Origin: Octopus sinensis
Lineage: Eukaryota
DNA length: 64,000 nt
Direction of reading: 5' to 3'
NCBI RefSeq assembly: GCF_006345805.1
Contig: NC_043002.1
Location: 65,968,001 to 66,032,000, forward strand
Part shown: one piece after another, positions 38,111 to 49,499 of the stretch
How the letters are laid out: each line of letters opens with the position of its first letter
Position numbering within the stretch: position 1 is the stretch's first letter
Made by a program: the position numbers and the translations under genes
Notes under the pieces: model-generated
What the model saw: the letters and a program-made list of their open reading frames with translations, nothing else
Told to the model about the DNA's origin: nothing
The model's database searches: none

Positions 38111-38315
38111 GAGTATAGCGCAAGCTGTTTTATCCGCCGCTCACCTAGTTCGATTTTATTTTATTGAGTAACGTCTCTTTGATTCTCACCGCGATTAATT
38201 ATGCTTCCCTTTATTCTGGGGTAGAGGATCCTTAAAATATAATACTCGGCATGTAATAGAAAGTTGTTTTAATCCACTGTCCAAACCTAAATTTGATCTA
38301 ATATTCGCATTTTTT

Positions 38316-38750
38316 AAGGCGGCGAGCTGGCAGAAACGTTAGCACGCCGGGCGAAATGCTTAGCGGTATTTCGTCCGCCGTTATGTTCTGAGTTCAAATT
38401 CCGTCGAAGTCGACTTTGCCTTTCATCCTTTCGGGGTCGATAAATTAAGTACCAGTTACGTACTGGGGTCGATGTAATCGACTTAATCCCTTTGTCTGTC
38501 CTTGTTTGTCCCCTCTGTATTTAGCCCCTTGTGGGCAATAAAGAAATAAGAAACGGTAGCACGCCGAGCGAAACGCATGGCGGTATTTCGTCTGTCTATA
38601 CTTTCTGAGTTCGAATTCAGCCGAGGTCGACTTTGCCTTTCATCCTTTCGGGATCAATAGATTAAGTACCAGTTACGTACTGGGGTTGATCTATTCGACT
38701 AGCCACTTTTCCCCCCAAAACTTTCGGCCTTGTGTCTAGAGTAGAAAAGA
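38316..38750 (+). mobile_element. SINE family A dimer
   Basis: Head, two cores and both tail types. Confidence 0.85.
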
Positions 38751-38879
38751 ATATTCACATTTTTGAATTGATGGAACGTATGGACATACACTTAGAATAT
38801 AATAATGTAATGTTTAAATTATTACTAACTTGTGTTTCTCTTTCTCGTCTCTTTTCTTTTAACTACCAAAACCAAACAG

Positions 38880-38957
38880 GTCAATGAAAGATATAAAGAA
38901 ATAAATGAACCGCGACTATCAATAAAAATATCATTATCAGATTTATGGATAGCTCAG
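38880..38957 (+). CDS. ADAMTS-like exon (catalytic domain)
   Basis: CAG|GTC..CAG|GTAAAT; VNERYKEINEPRLSIKISLSDLWIAQ; phase 0-0. Confidence 0.85.
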
Positions 38958-39070
38958 GTAAATATCTCTATCTTGCTGTTGCTTGTTATTCTTAATGTTT
39001 TCGTTGAGAAAAACGAAATTATCATTTCCAACATTATCATTCTTCCATTTGTCTTCTTCTCTATTTCCAG

Positions 39071-39219
39071 AGCATTATGGAAGCAAGCTGGGTCGAGACA
39101 CATCGCAACTTTCTAACCAACAACGTTGTTGGTACACACGCACTCGAGTCTATTACTAAATGGTTAGAGAACCAAAAAGTGTTGCGAAAGAAATACGATC
39201 ACGTGATGGTGTTTACGGG
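39071..39219 (+). CDS. ADAMTS-like exon (catalytic domain)
   Basis: TTCCAG|AGC..GG|GTCAGT; SIMEASW..KKYDHVMVFTG (DH.x.FT motif); phase 0-2. Confidence 0.9.
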
Positions 39220-39409
39220 GTCAGTTGATTGTTTTAATTTTCTTCGTTTAGCTTTCTTAATTATTATTTGTTCGTTTGTTTGTTTGTTTGGAGAGAGATG
39301 TTCTCACTTCTTTTAGCTAGTACGTAGGCTCGGGAGAGTGCCCCTAGATGTTATTGTTCAACCCATTCCAATTGTCTTCCTTACTTTGTGTATCGAGAGA
39401 TACAGAAAC

Positions 39410-39630
39410 ACATTATTGTGTTGAGTCCAAAAGTTTTGCAATGTTTTGGTGACGTATTTGCTTTATTCATCAAGCTACAACAAAAGTAAGTGACCATTCA
39501 AAGTAGAGGCCATCATGTGGCACTGCCTGAATCCATTTTTCTTGTAATTCTTTTATCCCATTCCGATACCAGTTTTTGTCCTTCCTCAACCAAGAAGAAG
39601 TGGAAGCTATAGTGAAGAAGTTCTTCGCCT
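39410..39630 (-). mobile_element. Mariner 3' end fragment
   Basis: WLRKDKNWYRNGIKELQEKWIQAVPHDGLYFE followed by a TIR-like end. Confidence 0.65.
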
Positions 39631-39655
39631 TAAAGAATCAGGATTAACGTTGCTT

Positions 39656-39714
<59 letters not shown>

Positions 39715-39718
<4 letters not shown>

Positions 39719-39925
39719 TCTGCTATAGGCACAAGGCCTGACATTTTGGCAGAGTGGGGCCAGGCGATTAGATCGACCCCAGTACGTAACTGGTACTTAA
39801 TTCATCGACTCCGAAAGGATGAAAGGCGAAGTCGACCTCGGCAGAATTTGAACTCAGAACGTAGCGGCAGACGAAATACCGCTAAGCATTTCGCGTGCTA
39901 ACGATTCTGCCAGCTCGCCGCCTTA
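39715..39925 (-). mobile_element. SINE family A
   Basis: Reverse-complement copy between (AAT)n runs. Confidence 0.8.
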
Positions 39926-39946
39926 ATAATAATAATAATAATAATA

Positions 39947-39990
<44 letters not shown>

Positions 39991-40110
39991 TTTCTAATAT
40001 AAGCACAAGACCTGAAAGTAAGGGAATAGTTGGTCCGATTGCCTGTATCCTTTGACATAACAGAAGACGTCCAACTATATTTGTCAATTTTCTTTTTCTT
40101 CCCAATGCAG

Positions 40111-40257
40111 CCATCCTATGGTGAACGAGCGAAGTAAAACTATCCGAGGCATTGCCTATGTTGGGGAGATTTGCCATAAATCTAGGTCTGCATCACTAAT
40201 CCATGATATGGGGAAGTACCAGAGCGCAGGTGTGGCAGCTCATGAATTAGGACACAG
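40111..40257 (+). CDS. ADAMTS-like exon with HELGH zinc motif
   Basis: TGCAG|C..AG|GTAAAC; HPMVNERSKTIRGIAYVGEICHKSRSASLIHDMGKYQSAGVAAHELGH; phase 2-2. Confidence 0.95.
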
Positions 40258-40886
40258 GTAAACTAGTTTCTTTTTTTCTTTTTCTTTTTTTTGTAGGCGC
40301 AGGAGTGGCTGTGTGGTAGTTAGCTTGCTTACCAACCGCATGGTTCCGAGTTCATTCCCACTGCGTGGCACCTTGGGCAAGTGTCTTCTACTATAGCCTC
40401 CGGCTATAGTGGAAGAAAGAAACAAGCTGACTTTAACAGCTTTTCTCATGTGTGCAGGAACAGGATTGACCAAGGGCTAAGCAACAACCCAGCTACACAA
40501 CATAGCCACCACTGTCACCACTATTTTTCCATAATATAAGCATTATCATTAGCATGACACTGTCTCCACCATCTTAAGATGAGAGTGCCCGCCGTCTTTA
40601 CTACCAGGGACCGGAAAATTCGCCGTCTAAAATTTCACAATAGAATATTTCGCCATATTAGAAAATTCATCGAAAGACAAATTTACTTTATGGACAACGA
40701 TGAAGCGTATTATATCAGAGTTTTTGTGTTGTTGTTTTTTTAATGCGAAAGAAAAAAAGAATGGAAAAAAGTTTTATAAAAGCACTTAACATGCAAGTCT
40801 TTATTCAACGTCAAACAATAAACAAACGTGATGAGGTCATCTAAGACAAAATTTCTTACGGCAAAATTGCTTACGACGAAATTTCC

Positions 40887-41811
40887 TACGAGGTGGTATC
40901 AATAAGTTCCCAGACTAGTTATCTAAAACGCCAACAGATGGCAGCACATGGTTGCATGCTCAATGAGAGCCAGCAGTGACCTTCATGAGGCAGTGTGCCG
41001 AGTGACATCGCTGTGTTTACTTCACAAGTTGTGAAATTTGTGTTTTTGTAATCACGTGTATGTTGTAGTCTACGATTTTTGTCATGGACAGAAAGTTAGA
41101 ACAAAGAGCCAACGTTAAACTTGGGAAGTCTGCTACAGAGACATTGAGCATGTTTCGGCAAGCTTACAGCGACAAGGCAAAGGATTGTACGCAATGTTTC
41201 GAGTGACATGGGCGCTTCAAAAGCGGCACGACCGAACTACAGCGCAATCAAGATCATGTTCATCGTTTTTTTTTTCTTTGCCATGCGTGATATTGTACAT
41301 CGAGAATTGGTTCCTTAGCACGTGACTGTCATTCGAAAGTTTTACTGCGATGTTTTGAAGCGTTTGAGGGAGGACATTAGGAGAAAGCGACCGGATCTGT
41401 GGAGTGCGAAGAATTGGATTCTTCACGACAGCAATGCTCCCTGTCAGCGAGCTCTCCCCATTCGTGAGTTTCTCTCCAAAAACAAACATGGCATCTCTTC
41501 TGCACCCACCCTATTCGCCAGATTTAGAACCTACAGACTTCCATCTCTTCCCCAAGGTGAAAATGCAACTCAAGTATTACCATTTTAACACCATTGTTGA
41601 TATGCAGAGCGAATCGCAGAAGGTCCTCGTCTCTCTTAAGGAAAACGACTTCCAGGCCGGATTCCAACAGTGACAGGAACGCTGCGACCGGTGTACCGGT
41701 GTATTACTGCGCAATGGGACTATTTCGAAGGAGATGATGTTAAAACTAAGGTTAATAAGTTATTTCTTATTAAACAAAACTAGTCCGGGAATTTTTTGAT
41801 ACCACTTCGTT
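40887..41811 (+). mobile_element. Internally deleted mariner element with both TIRs
   Basis: TIRs TA|CGAGGTGGTATCAATAAGTTCCCAGACTAGT and ACTAGTCCGGGAATTTTTTGATACCACTTCG; remnants WILHDSNAP and PYSPDLEPTDFHLFPK. Confidence 0.9.
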
Positions 41812-41928
41812 TAACTGACACAACCAACACTACTAATACCATTAAACGAACCTTCCACGAACCATTTGTACAACCATACTCATTCACCAGCCTCGCTTCA
41901 CATCAACACGCTTTACATTTTCTTGCAG

Positions 41929-42084
41929 CCTCGGCGCTTTCCATGACGGTGTACTGAATAACACAGCTTGCCCCGCGGAGCAAAACTACATCATGTCACC
42001 GACAGAATATGGCAGCAACGATGGAAAACTGAACTACATGTACCTGTCTGAGTGTTCCATCAAACAGATTACCAATGTACTGAG
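41929..42084 (+). CDS. ADAMTS-like exon with third zinc His and Met-turn
   Basis: TTGCAG|C..AG|GTAAGT; (S)LGAFHDGVLNNTACPAEQNYIMSPTEY..LSECSIKQITNVL; phase 2-2. Confidence 0.95.
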
Positions 42085-42129
42085 GTAAGTCAAGAGTGTT
42101 CACCTAACATTGTTATTTTGCACACACAC

Positions 42130-42253
42130 ACAGTCGGTTCAGTCCCACTACGTAGCACCTAGAGCAAGTGTCTTCTACTATAGCCTCGGGCCTACCAAAA
42201 TCTTGTAAGTGGATTTGGTAGACGGAAACTGAAAGAAACCCGTCGTGTATATG

Positions 42254-42284
<31 letters not shown>

Positions 42285-42540
42285 CTATATATATATATAT
42301 ATGTATGTATGCATATGATGTATGTATGTATTTCTGTGTCTGTGCTTGTTCCACAACCATCGCTTGACAACCGATGCTGGTGTGTTTACGTCCCCGTAAC
42401 TTAACGGTTCGGCAAAAGAGACCAATAGAACAAGTACTAGGCTTATAAAGAATAAGTCCTGGGATCGAATTGTTCGACTAAAGGCGGTGCTCGAGCATGG
42501 CCGCAGTCAAATGACTGAAACATGTAAAAGAATAAAGAAA
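42130..42540 (+). mobile_element. SINE family B
   Basis: Core and tail as in the other family B copies. Confidence 0.8.
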
Positions 42541-42804
42541 TAAAAGAATATATATGTGTATGTATATCGCTTAATGCAGGGGAACCGCAGTTGATTAGAT
42601 GCACTGTGTTAATTAGCTGGCTATTAGAGAAAGGCAAAGACTTATTACTTAATGTAGTTCTAGATACACTATGAATGGGAAAATATCGTCGGCTTTGATC
42701 AGAACAAATACTACTATGAGATTTAGTTTCACTTTCACTTTCATTCATGTCTCATTTCTATTTATTTTACTTATCCTCCTCTTGCTAAAGAGGATATGCC
42801 TGCA

Positions 42805-43040
42805 GGGAGTCATGTGGCGGTGTTACATAAAAAGCACTTGTGCCAGTGCCACGTAAAAGCGCTCGTGCGGTGCTACGTTGAAAGCACCAGCCGCACACTG
42901 TAAAGTAGTTGTTATTAGGAAGGGCATCCAGCCGTAGAAACCAACTCTAATCAGACGAGAGCCCGGTGCAGCCCTCCAGCGCGCCAGCTCTGATCAAACC
43001 GTCCAACCCATGCCAGCATGGGCGTTAAAGGATAATGATG
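42805..43040 (+). mobile_element. SINE/LINE-tail repeat ending in (GAT)n
   Basis: TAGGAAGGGCATCCAGCCGTAGAAACC..AAACCGTCCAACCCATGCCAGCATG; a similar tail lies at about 56770. Confidence 0.6.
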
Positions 43041-43380
43041 ATGAAGATGATGATGATGAGGAAGAGGAGGAGGAGGAGGAGGAGGAGGAGAGGAGGCGGA
43101 GGATTTTTATATGTGAACTCGTGTGTTCAAATATATATTTTCTTTGGTTAATCATTCAGTTGATCAATCAATAAGCTTATATGCTTGTAAAAATTATGTC
43201 AATCTAACAATCGATTAGTTAATCAACTGACAAATAAACAAGTGAAATAGAACCAGTGTGTGTATTTATTCTCACAACGACCCACCCAAAGTACAGCAAA
43301 ATACCTATTTTATCATATTTTTAATATTTTTTCTCTTATTTATTGTTTTGATTGGTGTTTTTTTCTTTCTTCTTTTCCAG

Positions 43381-43519
43381 TAAAGACTCCGCTGAGTGTG
43401 TTTTTGACAAACCTAACACGTACTTGGAGTACAACCTTCAGGCAAACCCACCCGGACGACGGTTTACACTTGATCAGCAATGCAGTATGGTTTTTGGTGA
43501 GAAATGGAGAATGTGTGAT
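43381..43519 (+). CDS. ADAMTS-like exon (end of catalytic domain, start of Cys-rich/disintegrin-like domain)
   Basis: TTCCAG|T..GAT|GTAAGT; KDSAECVFDKP..PPGRRFTLDQQCSMVFGEKWRMCD; phase 2-0. Confidence 0.92.
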
Positions 43520-43747
43520 GTAAGTTTTAGGAATTTTATTGTTCTTTATACTTAGTTAAAGGAGAAATGGTTTCGCACATTAGGGTGCCAAGTTTGGTTC
43601 TGAGAAAAGAGAAACACACACACACATATATATATACATACATACATATAATATATAAATATATATATATATTATATATATATATATAATATATATATAT
43701 ATTATATATATATATACATATATATATAAATATATATATATATATAC

Positions 43748-43795
<48 letters not shown>

Positions 43796-44230
43796 ATTAT
43801 ATCTATTATATATGTTTAATAAATAGAACATTGCATATATATAAACATATATGTACGTACCTACCATCTACATGTAACATATACACTCATTATGTGTACA
43901 GGACACCAAAAAGACGTCGACACATAGAGATACGAAAACACATAGACACAAACCAAGGAACAGACAAGCAACAAAGAGAGATACAGGACAATAAGCACCA
44001 ACGAAAATCCCCTTCTTCATCCAAGGTTTCATCTACTAAATAACGTTCGAAGGATAAAAGCGGACGTATACTTCGAATAAACTTCCTTCCCGCGAAAAGC
44101 AAATCAATTAAAATTCTGAGTATCTTCGCAGATATATACTACATATATATATAATATATATAATATATAGATATATATATATATATATCCTATATATATA
44201 TACATACTATATATATAAATATATATATAT

Positions 44231-44264
<34 letters not shown>

Positions 44265-44385
44265 CTATATTATATATACATACATACCATACAAACATAT
44301 ATATTATATATATACATTTATCACGCTATCTACCTGATAATTTCTTGTTAAGATTCCTTATTAAGAAGTTGTCCTTAATTGTTAA

Positions 44386-44427
<42 letters not shown>

Positions 44428-44511
44428 GTTGAAGAGGGCAACAGACATTAAGGCAAGGCAACAAACATTTCAAGTCGTATACAATATTATTATTGGAAAA
44501 AATAATTCAAA

Positions 44512-44567
44512 GTCTTACACCTGTTTCTGGGATATCCCCGAGTATGGGATATTCCGTCATCAGAGAC
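44512..44567 (-). ncRNA. Type-I hammerhead ribozyme motif with canonical core
   Basis: Minus strand reads GTCT-CTGATGA-C-GGAATATCCC(ATACTCG)GGGATATCCC-A-GAA-AC(AGGT)GT-A-AGAC; cleavage triplet GUA. Confidence 0.65.
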
Positions 44568-44673
44568 AAATATATATTTGTCTCTGATGAGCGTACCTAA
44601 TCGTTTAGATCAACTGTGAACTAACCCCCCCATACTTTGTGTGTGTGTGTATGTGTGTGTGTGTGTGTGTGTG

Positions 44674-44714
<41 letters not shown>

Positions 44715-44785
44715 CGTGTGCGTGTTGTGCATGCATATATGTATACTTGATTACATTTTTATTATTTTCCTTTTTCTCTTTCTAG

Positions 44786-44908
44786 CAAAAATCCCTCTTA
44801 GATAATATGTGTTCGACATTATGGTGCCAGGATTCCAAAGAAGCAAGCACTTGTCGAACAGTTGGAGGACTCCGAGGAATTGCAGGAACCCGCTGTGGAG
44901 ACGGAAAG
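44786..44908 (+). CDS. ADAMTS-like exon (Cys-rich domain)
   Basis: TTCTAG|CAA..AAG|GTTAGA; QKSLLDNMCSTLWCQDSKEASTCRTVGGLRGIAGTRCGDGK; phase 0-0. Confidence 0.9.
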
Positions 44909-45534
44909 GTTAGATATCAAATTTTCCAAAATTATCTAACAAAGATCTTTTGGTTGGCGGAAACTGTGTGCAAGCTGATCCTGTGTGTATATGTATCCGT
45001 GTGCAGGAGTGGGGCCCAGGAATATTTTTGGGGTGTTGCCCAAAAGTTTCGAAAAAATACTATAAAAAGTGGGATCCGCAATTTGTAACAAACGAACACA
45101 TTTTTATATCTTCGGACTTGTAGCAGACCATATGCATAAGAAGCAGTAATGCTGTGAAACTGCTGGAAATAAACCTTGGTCCCATTTTTTTTTCTTTTTC
45201 TTGGCATCGGCTCGGCTAGAAAGGGTGTTGCTCGGGCAACTAGCGCAACACACCTGCATCCGCCACTGGTATGTGCGCGTGTGTGTGTGTGGTTGAAAGG
45301 ATATACTTCAAAAGAAGAAGCTATTGCAATAGCGGAATCAGAGATAGAAAGGGAGAAGTGGAGGTAAGGGAGGAAGAGGGAGATATAGATAGATACATAC
45401 ATACATACATACATACATACATACATACATGCATGCATGCATGCATGCATGCATGCATGCATCATCATGCATACATACATACATACATACATACATACAT
45501 ACATACATACATACATACATGCATGCATGCTGAG

Positions 45535-45870
45535 CTGAGACCCCCTTCGGTCATGACTGACCATGGTATTGCACCTAGAAAGTTACCTTCCCAGGCACAA
45601 GTCCGGGGAAGGTTGTTTATGGAAGACCAGCACTCGCCCATGCATACCTGCCTCCCCTCTTCACGCCACCAATGTTATCCAAGGGAAAGGCCAAAGGCGC
45701 CGATATAGCTTGGTACCTGTGACGTCGCAACTCATTTCTACAGTTGAGTGAACTGGAGCAACGTGACATAAAGTGTCTTGCTCAAGAACACAACACGCAG
45801 TCCGGTCCGGGATTTGAACTCACAATCTCACGATCGTAAGCTCGAAACTCTAACCACTTAGCCATGCACC
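45535..45870 (-). mobile_element. tRNA-derived SINE family D
   Basis: Reverse complement: GCATGGCTAAGTGGTTAGAG..GAGTTCAAATCCC..GTGTTCTTGAGCAAGACACTTTATG. Confidence 0.8.
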
Positions 45871-45992
45871 TTCATACATACATACAGAAACACACACACA
45901 CAGGTATTATTTACAATAGGAAACATAAAATACCGACAATATTATATTAGTGAAAGCTTCACATTTACGTTTCTCAATTGTTGATATTTCAG

Positions 45993-46059
45993 ATGTGTTG
46001 GAGAGGAATGTGCGTCGCTGAATTCTACAAATCTACAAAATCTGTTTGCTCAACACAGA
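45993..46059 (+). CDS. ADAMTS-like exon (end of Cys-rich domain)
   Basis: TTTCAG|ATG..A|GTGAGT; MCWRGMCVAEFYKSTKSVCSTQ; phase 0-1. Confidence 0.88.
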
Positions 46060-46818
46060 GTGAGTATTCTCTTTCTTTTATCATTCTGTTATTTACCTAT
46101 GCTTTCCATGTATGAGGATTTACGTGTAACATAGCTCAAGGCTGGTAAACTATATTATATATATATATATATATATGTCAAATGACACCCGTTGTTATGT
46201 CCTGTTATTATTTTTATTGTATTTGTGTAACATTGTCCGTTTTTTCCGTCCTTGTTTTTGTATATATTCGCTGCTTTCTTCCAAGGAATCTAATGCTCTT
46301 GGCTTAGTTTTTCTTGGGGCTGGCCAGATGGAGCAATCTCAAGTATAGTCAGCCGAAATTGCGAGGATTGGTCAATGTTCATGTGACTTAAGTTCATGTA
46401 ACAGTCGCGTGCGAAGATCATATATACATACATCATATATATATATATTATCATACCTTGATACTGTGTAGATTAAGATACTCGTTGACAGGCCCCTGGT
46501 ATTTATAGGGTGTGAAACACTTTCGGCATGCAAATTAGGACTACTTCATAGAGTAACTGCTGCACTTGTTGAGTATATAAACAATTTGGCTGTATATTTC
46601 TCTGGGGACTGTAAGAACGATGTAGACGCCTCTGATGAGACCTCAATAAAATTCGAAAATCGATTAGAGTTTTCCATCATTTTTTTTTCAGTCTGCGGAG
46701 AAATTGCTAAAATTTGCCTTGTTTATAATTATACCATGTTACATATATATATATGTAGCTGATGCTTCATTCTGTTATTACTCCGAGTTTCACGACTTAT
46801 ATTGTGTTTTTCTTGCAG

Positions 46819-47066
46819 AAACTTGTAACGGTCCTGACAAAAACAAGAAATATTGCCAGAAGATAGTCCGGCTAAATCCACATGCTTGTCACAGAGACGC
46901 CATAGCATCATACTGTTGTGAGTCATGTAGTTGCCAGAAGACACAGAATCGCACAGACAGACGGCGTAAGAGGGACAAGCAGCGTCGCCGGAGGAGAAGG
47001 AGACATATCAGGCGTTTGAGAAGAAAGGCATCGAGGCGAAGGAGACGCTTTGCGACAGCCCCATAA
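46819..47066 (+). CDS. ADAMTS-like terminal exon: PLAC-like domain plus Arg-rich tail
   Basis: TTGCAG|AA; (K)TCNGPDKNKKYCQKIVRLNPHACHRDAIASYCCESCSC..RRRRRFATAP*; phase 1 matches the preceding exon. Confidence 0.88.
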
Positions 47067-47247
47067 GCTACCAGATCACACAAACACATACACACAATGT
47101 ATATATACATACGTAAAAACAGATATGCATACGTGCGTAAATGTCGAACAATAAGAGAAGTACTCAATACCGCATTGGTGGATAAAGTTTCTTTATTTGT
47201 GTAATAAGGCTACCATTGGTTTCATGTAAATCGGCTTGAAAAATTGT

Positions 47248-47645
47248 TAAGGTGGCTGTATGGTAAGAAGCTTCTTCCAATCAACGGTTGCGGGTCCAGT
47301 CCCACTGTGTGACGCCTTAGGCAACTGTCTTTTACTATTGTCTCGGGCTGACCAAAGCCTTGTGAGTGGATTTGGCAGACGGGAACTGAAAGAAGCCCAT
47401 CGTATGTGTGTGTGTGTGTGTGTGTGTGTCTTTGTGTCTATGTTTGTACCCTCACCATCGATTGACACCCGATGTTGGTGTGTTTACGTCCCCGTAACTT
47501 AACGGTTCGGTAAAAGAGACCGATAGAATAAGTACTAGGCTTACAAAGAATAAGTCCTAGAGTCAATTTCTTCAACTAAAAAACATCTAAGGCGGTGCTT
47601 CAGCATGGCCGCAGTCAAATGACTTAAACAAGTAAAAGAATAAAA
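47248..47645 (+). mobile_element. SINE family B (duplicated at about 48970-49390)
   Basis: GTGGCTGTATGGTAAGAAGCTT..CAGCATGGCCGCAGTCAAATGAC. Confidence 0.8.
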
Positions 47646-47711
47646 GAATATTAAAACATTTTCTTTACATGAAAAACCAATGATAACCTTAATGTACAAA
47701 TATATATATAT

Positions 47712-47760
<49 letters not shown>

Positions 47761-47860
47761 GAGAATTTGAAGAATTGTCCGATAGTACATGGCACGCTAT
47801 ACAAGATCGCCTAACTATGGTACTATCGTAAACATGAAACTTATAGCAGCTTAATTTAAA

Positions 47861-47894
<34 letters not shown>

Positions 47895-48538
47895 AAATGA
47901 CACCCGTTGTTATGTCCTGTTATTATTTTTATTGTATTTGTGTAACATTGTCCGTTTTTTCCGTCCTTGTTTTTGTATATATTCGCTGCTTTCTTCCAAG
48001 GAATCTAATGCTCTTGGCTTAGTTTTTCTTTGGGGCTGGCCAGATTGGAGCAATCTCAAGTATAGTCAGCCGAAATTGCGAGGATTGGTCAATGTTCATG
48101 TGACATTAAGTTCATGTAACAGTCGCGTGCGAAGATCATATATACATACATCATATATATATATATTATCATACCTTGATACTGTGTAGATTAAGATACT
48201 CGTTGACAGGCCCCTGGTATTTATAGGGTGTGAAACACTTTCGGCATGCAAATTAGGGACTACTTCATAGAGTAACTGCTGCACTTGTTGAGTATATAAA
48301 CAATTTGGCTGTATATTTCTCTGGGGACTGTAAGAACGATGTAGACGCCTCTGATGAGACCTCAATAAAATTCGAAAATCGATTAGAGTTTTCCATCATT
48401 TTTTTTTCAGTCTGCGGAGAAATTGCTAAAATTTGCCTTGTTTATAATTATACCATGTTACATATATATATATGTAGCTGATGCTTCATTCTGTTATTAC
48501 TCCGAGTTTCACGACTTATATTGTGTTTTTCTTGCAGA

Positions 48539-48785
48539 AACTTGTAACGGTCCTGACAAAAACAAGAATATTGCCAGAAGATAGTCCGGCTAAATCCACA
48601 TGCTTGTCACAGAGACGCCATAGCATCATACTGTTGTGAGTCATGTAGTTGCCAGAAGACACAGAATCGCACAGACAGACGGCGTAAGAGGGACAAGCAG
48701 CGTCGCCGGAGGAGAAGGAGACATATCAGGCGTTTGAGAAGAAAGGCATCGAGGCGAAGGAGACGCTTTGCGACAGCCCCATAAG
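48539..48785 (+). pseudogene. Duplicate terminal exon with a 1-nt deletion (frameshift)
   Basis: AACAAGAATATTGCC versus AACAAGAAATATTGCC in copy 1. Confidence 0.7.
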
Positions 48786-49121
48786 CTACCAGATCACACA
48801 AACACATACACACAATGTATATATACATACGTAAAAACAGATATGCATACGTGCGTAAATGTCGAACAATAAGAGAAGTACTCAATACCGCATTGGTGGA
48901 TAAAGTTTCTTTATTTGTGTAATAAGGCTACCATTGGTTTCATGTAAGATCGGCTTGAAAAATTGTTAAGGTGGCTGTATGGTAAGAAGCTTCTTCCCAA
49001 TCAACGGTTGCGGGTCCAGTCCCACTGTGTGACGCCTTAGGCAACTGTCTTTTACTATTGTCTCGGGCTGACCAAAGCCTTGTGAGTGGATTTGGCAGAC
49101 GGGAACTGAAAGAAGCCCATC

Positions 49122-49174
<53 letters not shown>

Positions 49175-49453
49175 TTTGTGTCTATGTTTGTCCCCTCACC
49201 ATCGATTGACACCCGATGTTGGTGTGTTTACGTCCCCGTAACTTAACGGTTCGGTAAAAGAGACCGATAGAATAAGTACTAGGCTTACAAGAATAAGTCC
49301 TAGAGTCAATTTCTTCAACTAAAAAACATCTAAGGCGGTGCTTCAGCATGGCCGCAGTCAAATGACTTAAACAAGTAAAAGAATAAAAGAATATTAAAAC
49401 ATTTTCTTTACATGAAAAACCAATGATAACCTTAATGTACAATATATATATAT

Positions 49454-49499
<46 letters not shown>

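Noticed and set aside
40241-41946. Zinc-binding motif split by an intron containing a mariner
   Set aside because: Introns within or next to HExxHxxGxxH are usual in ADAMTS-type genes, and the TE is simply intronic.
44932-45708. 210- and 145-aa ORFs
   Set aside because: They are driven by (ACAT)n/(GCAT)n repeats and SINE D, and lie within an intron.
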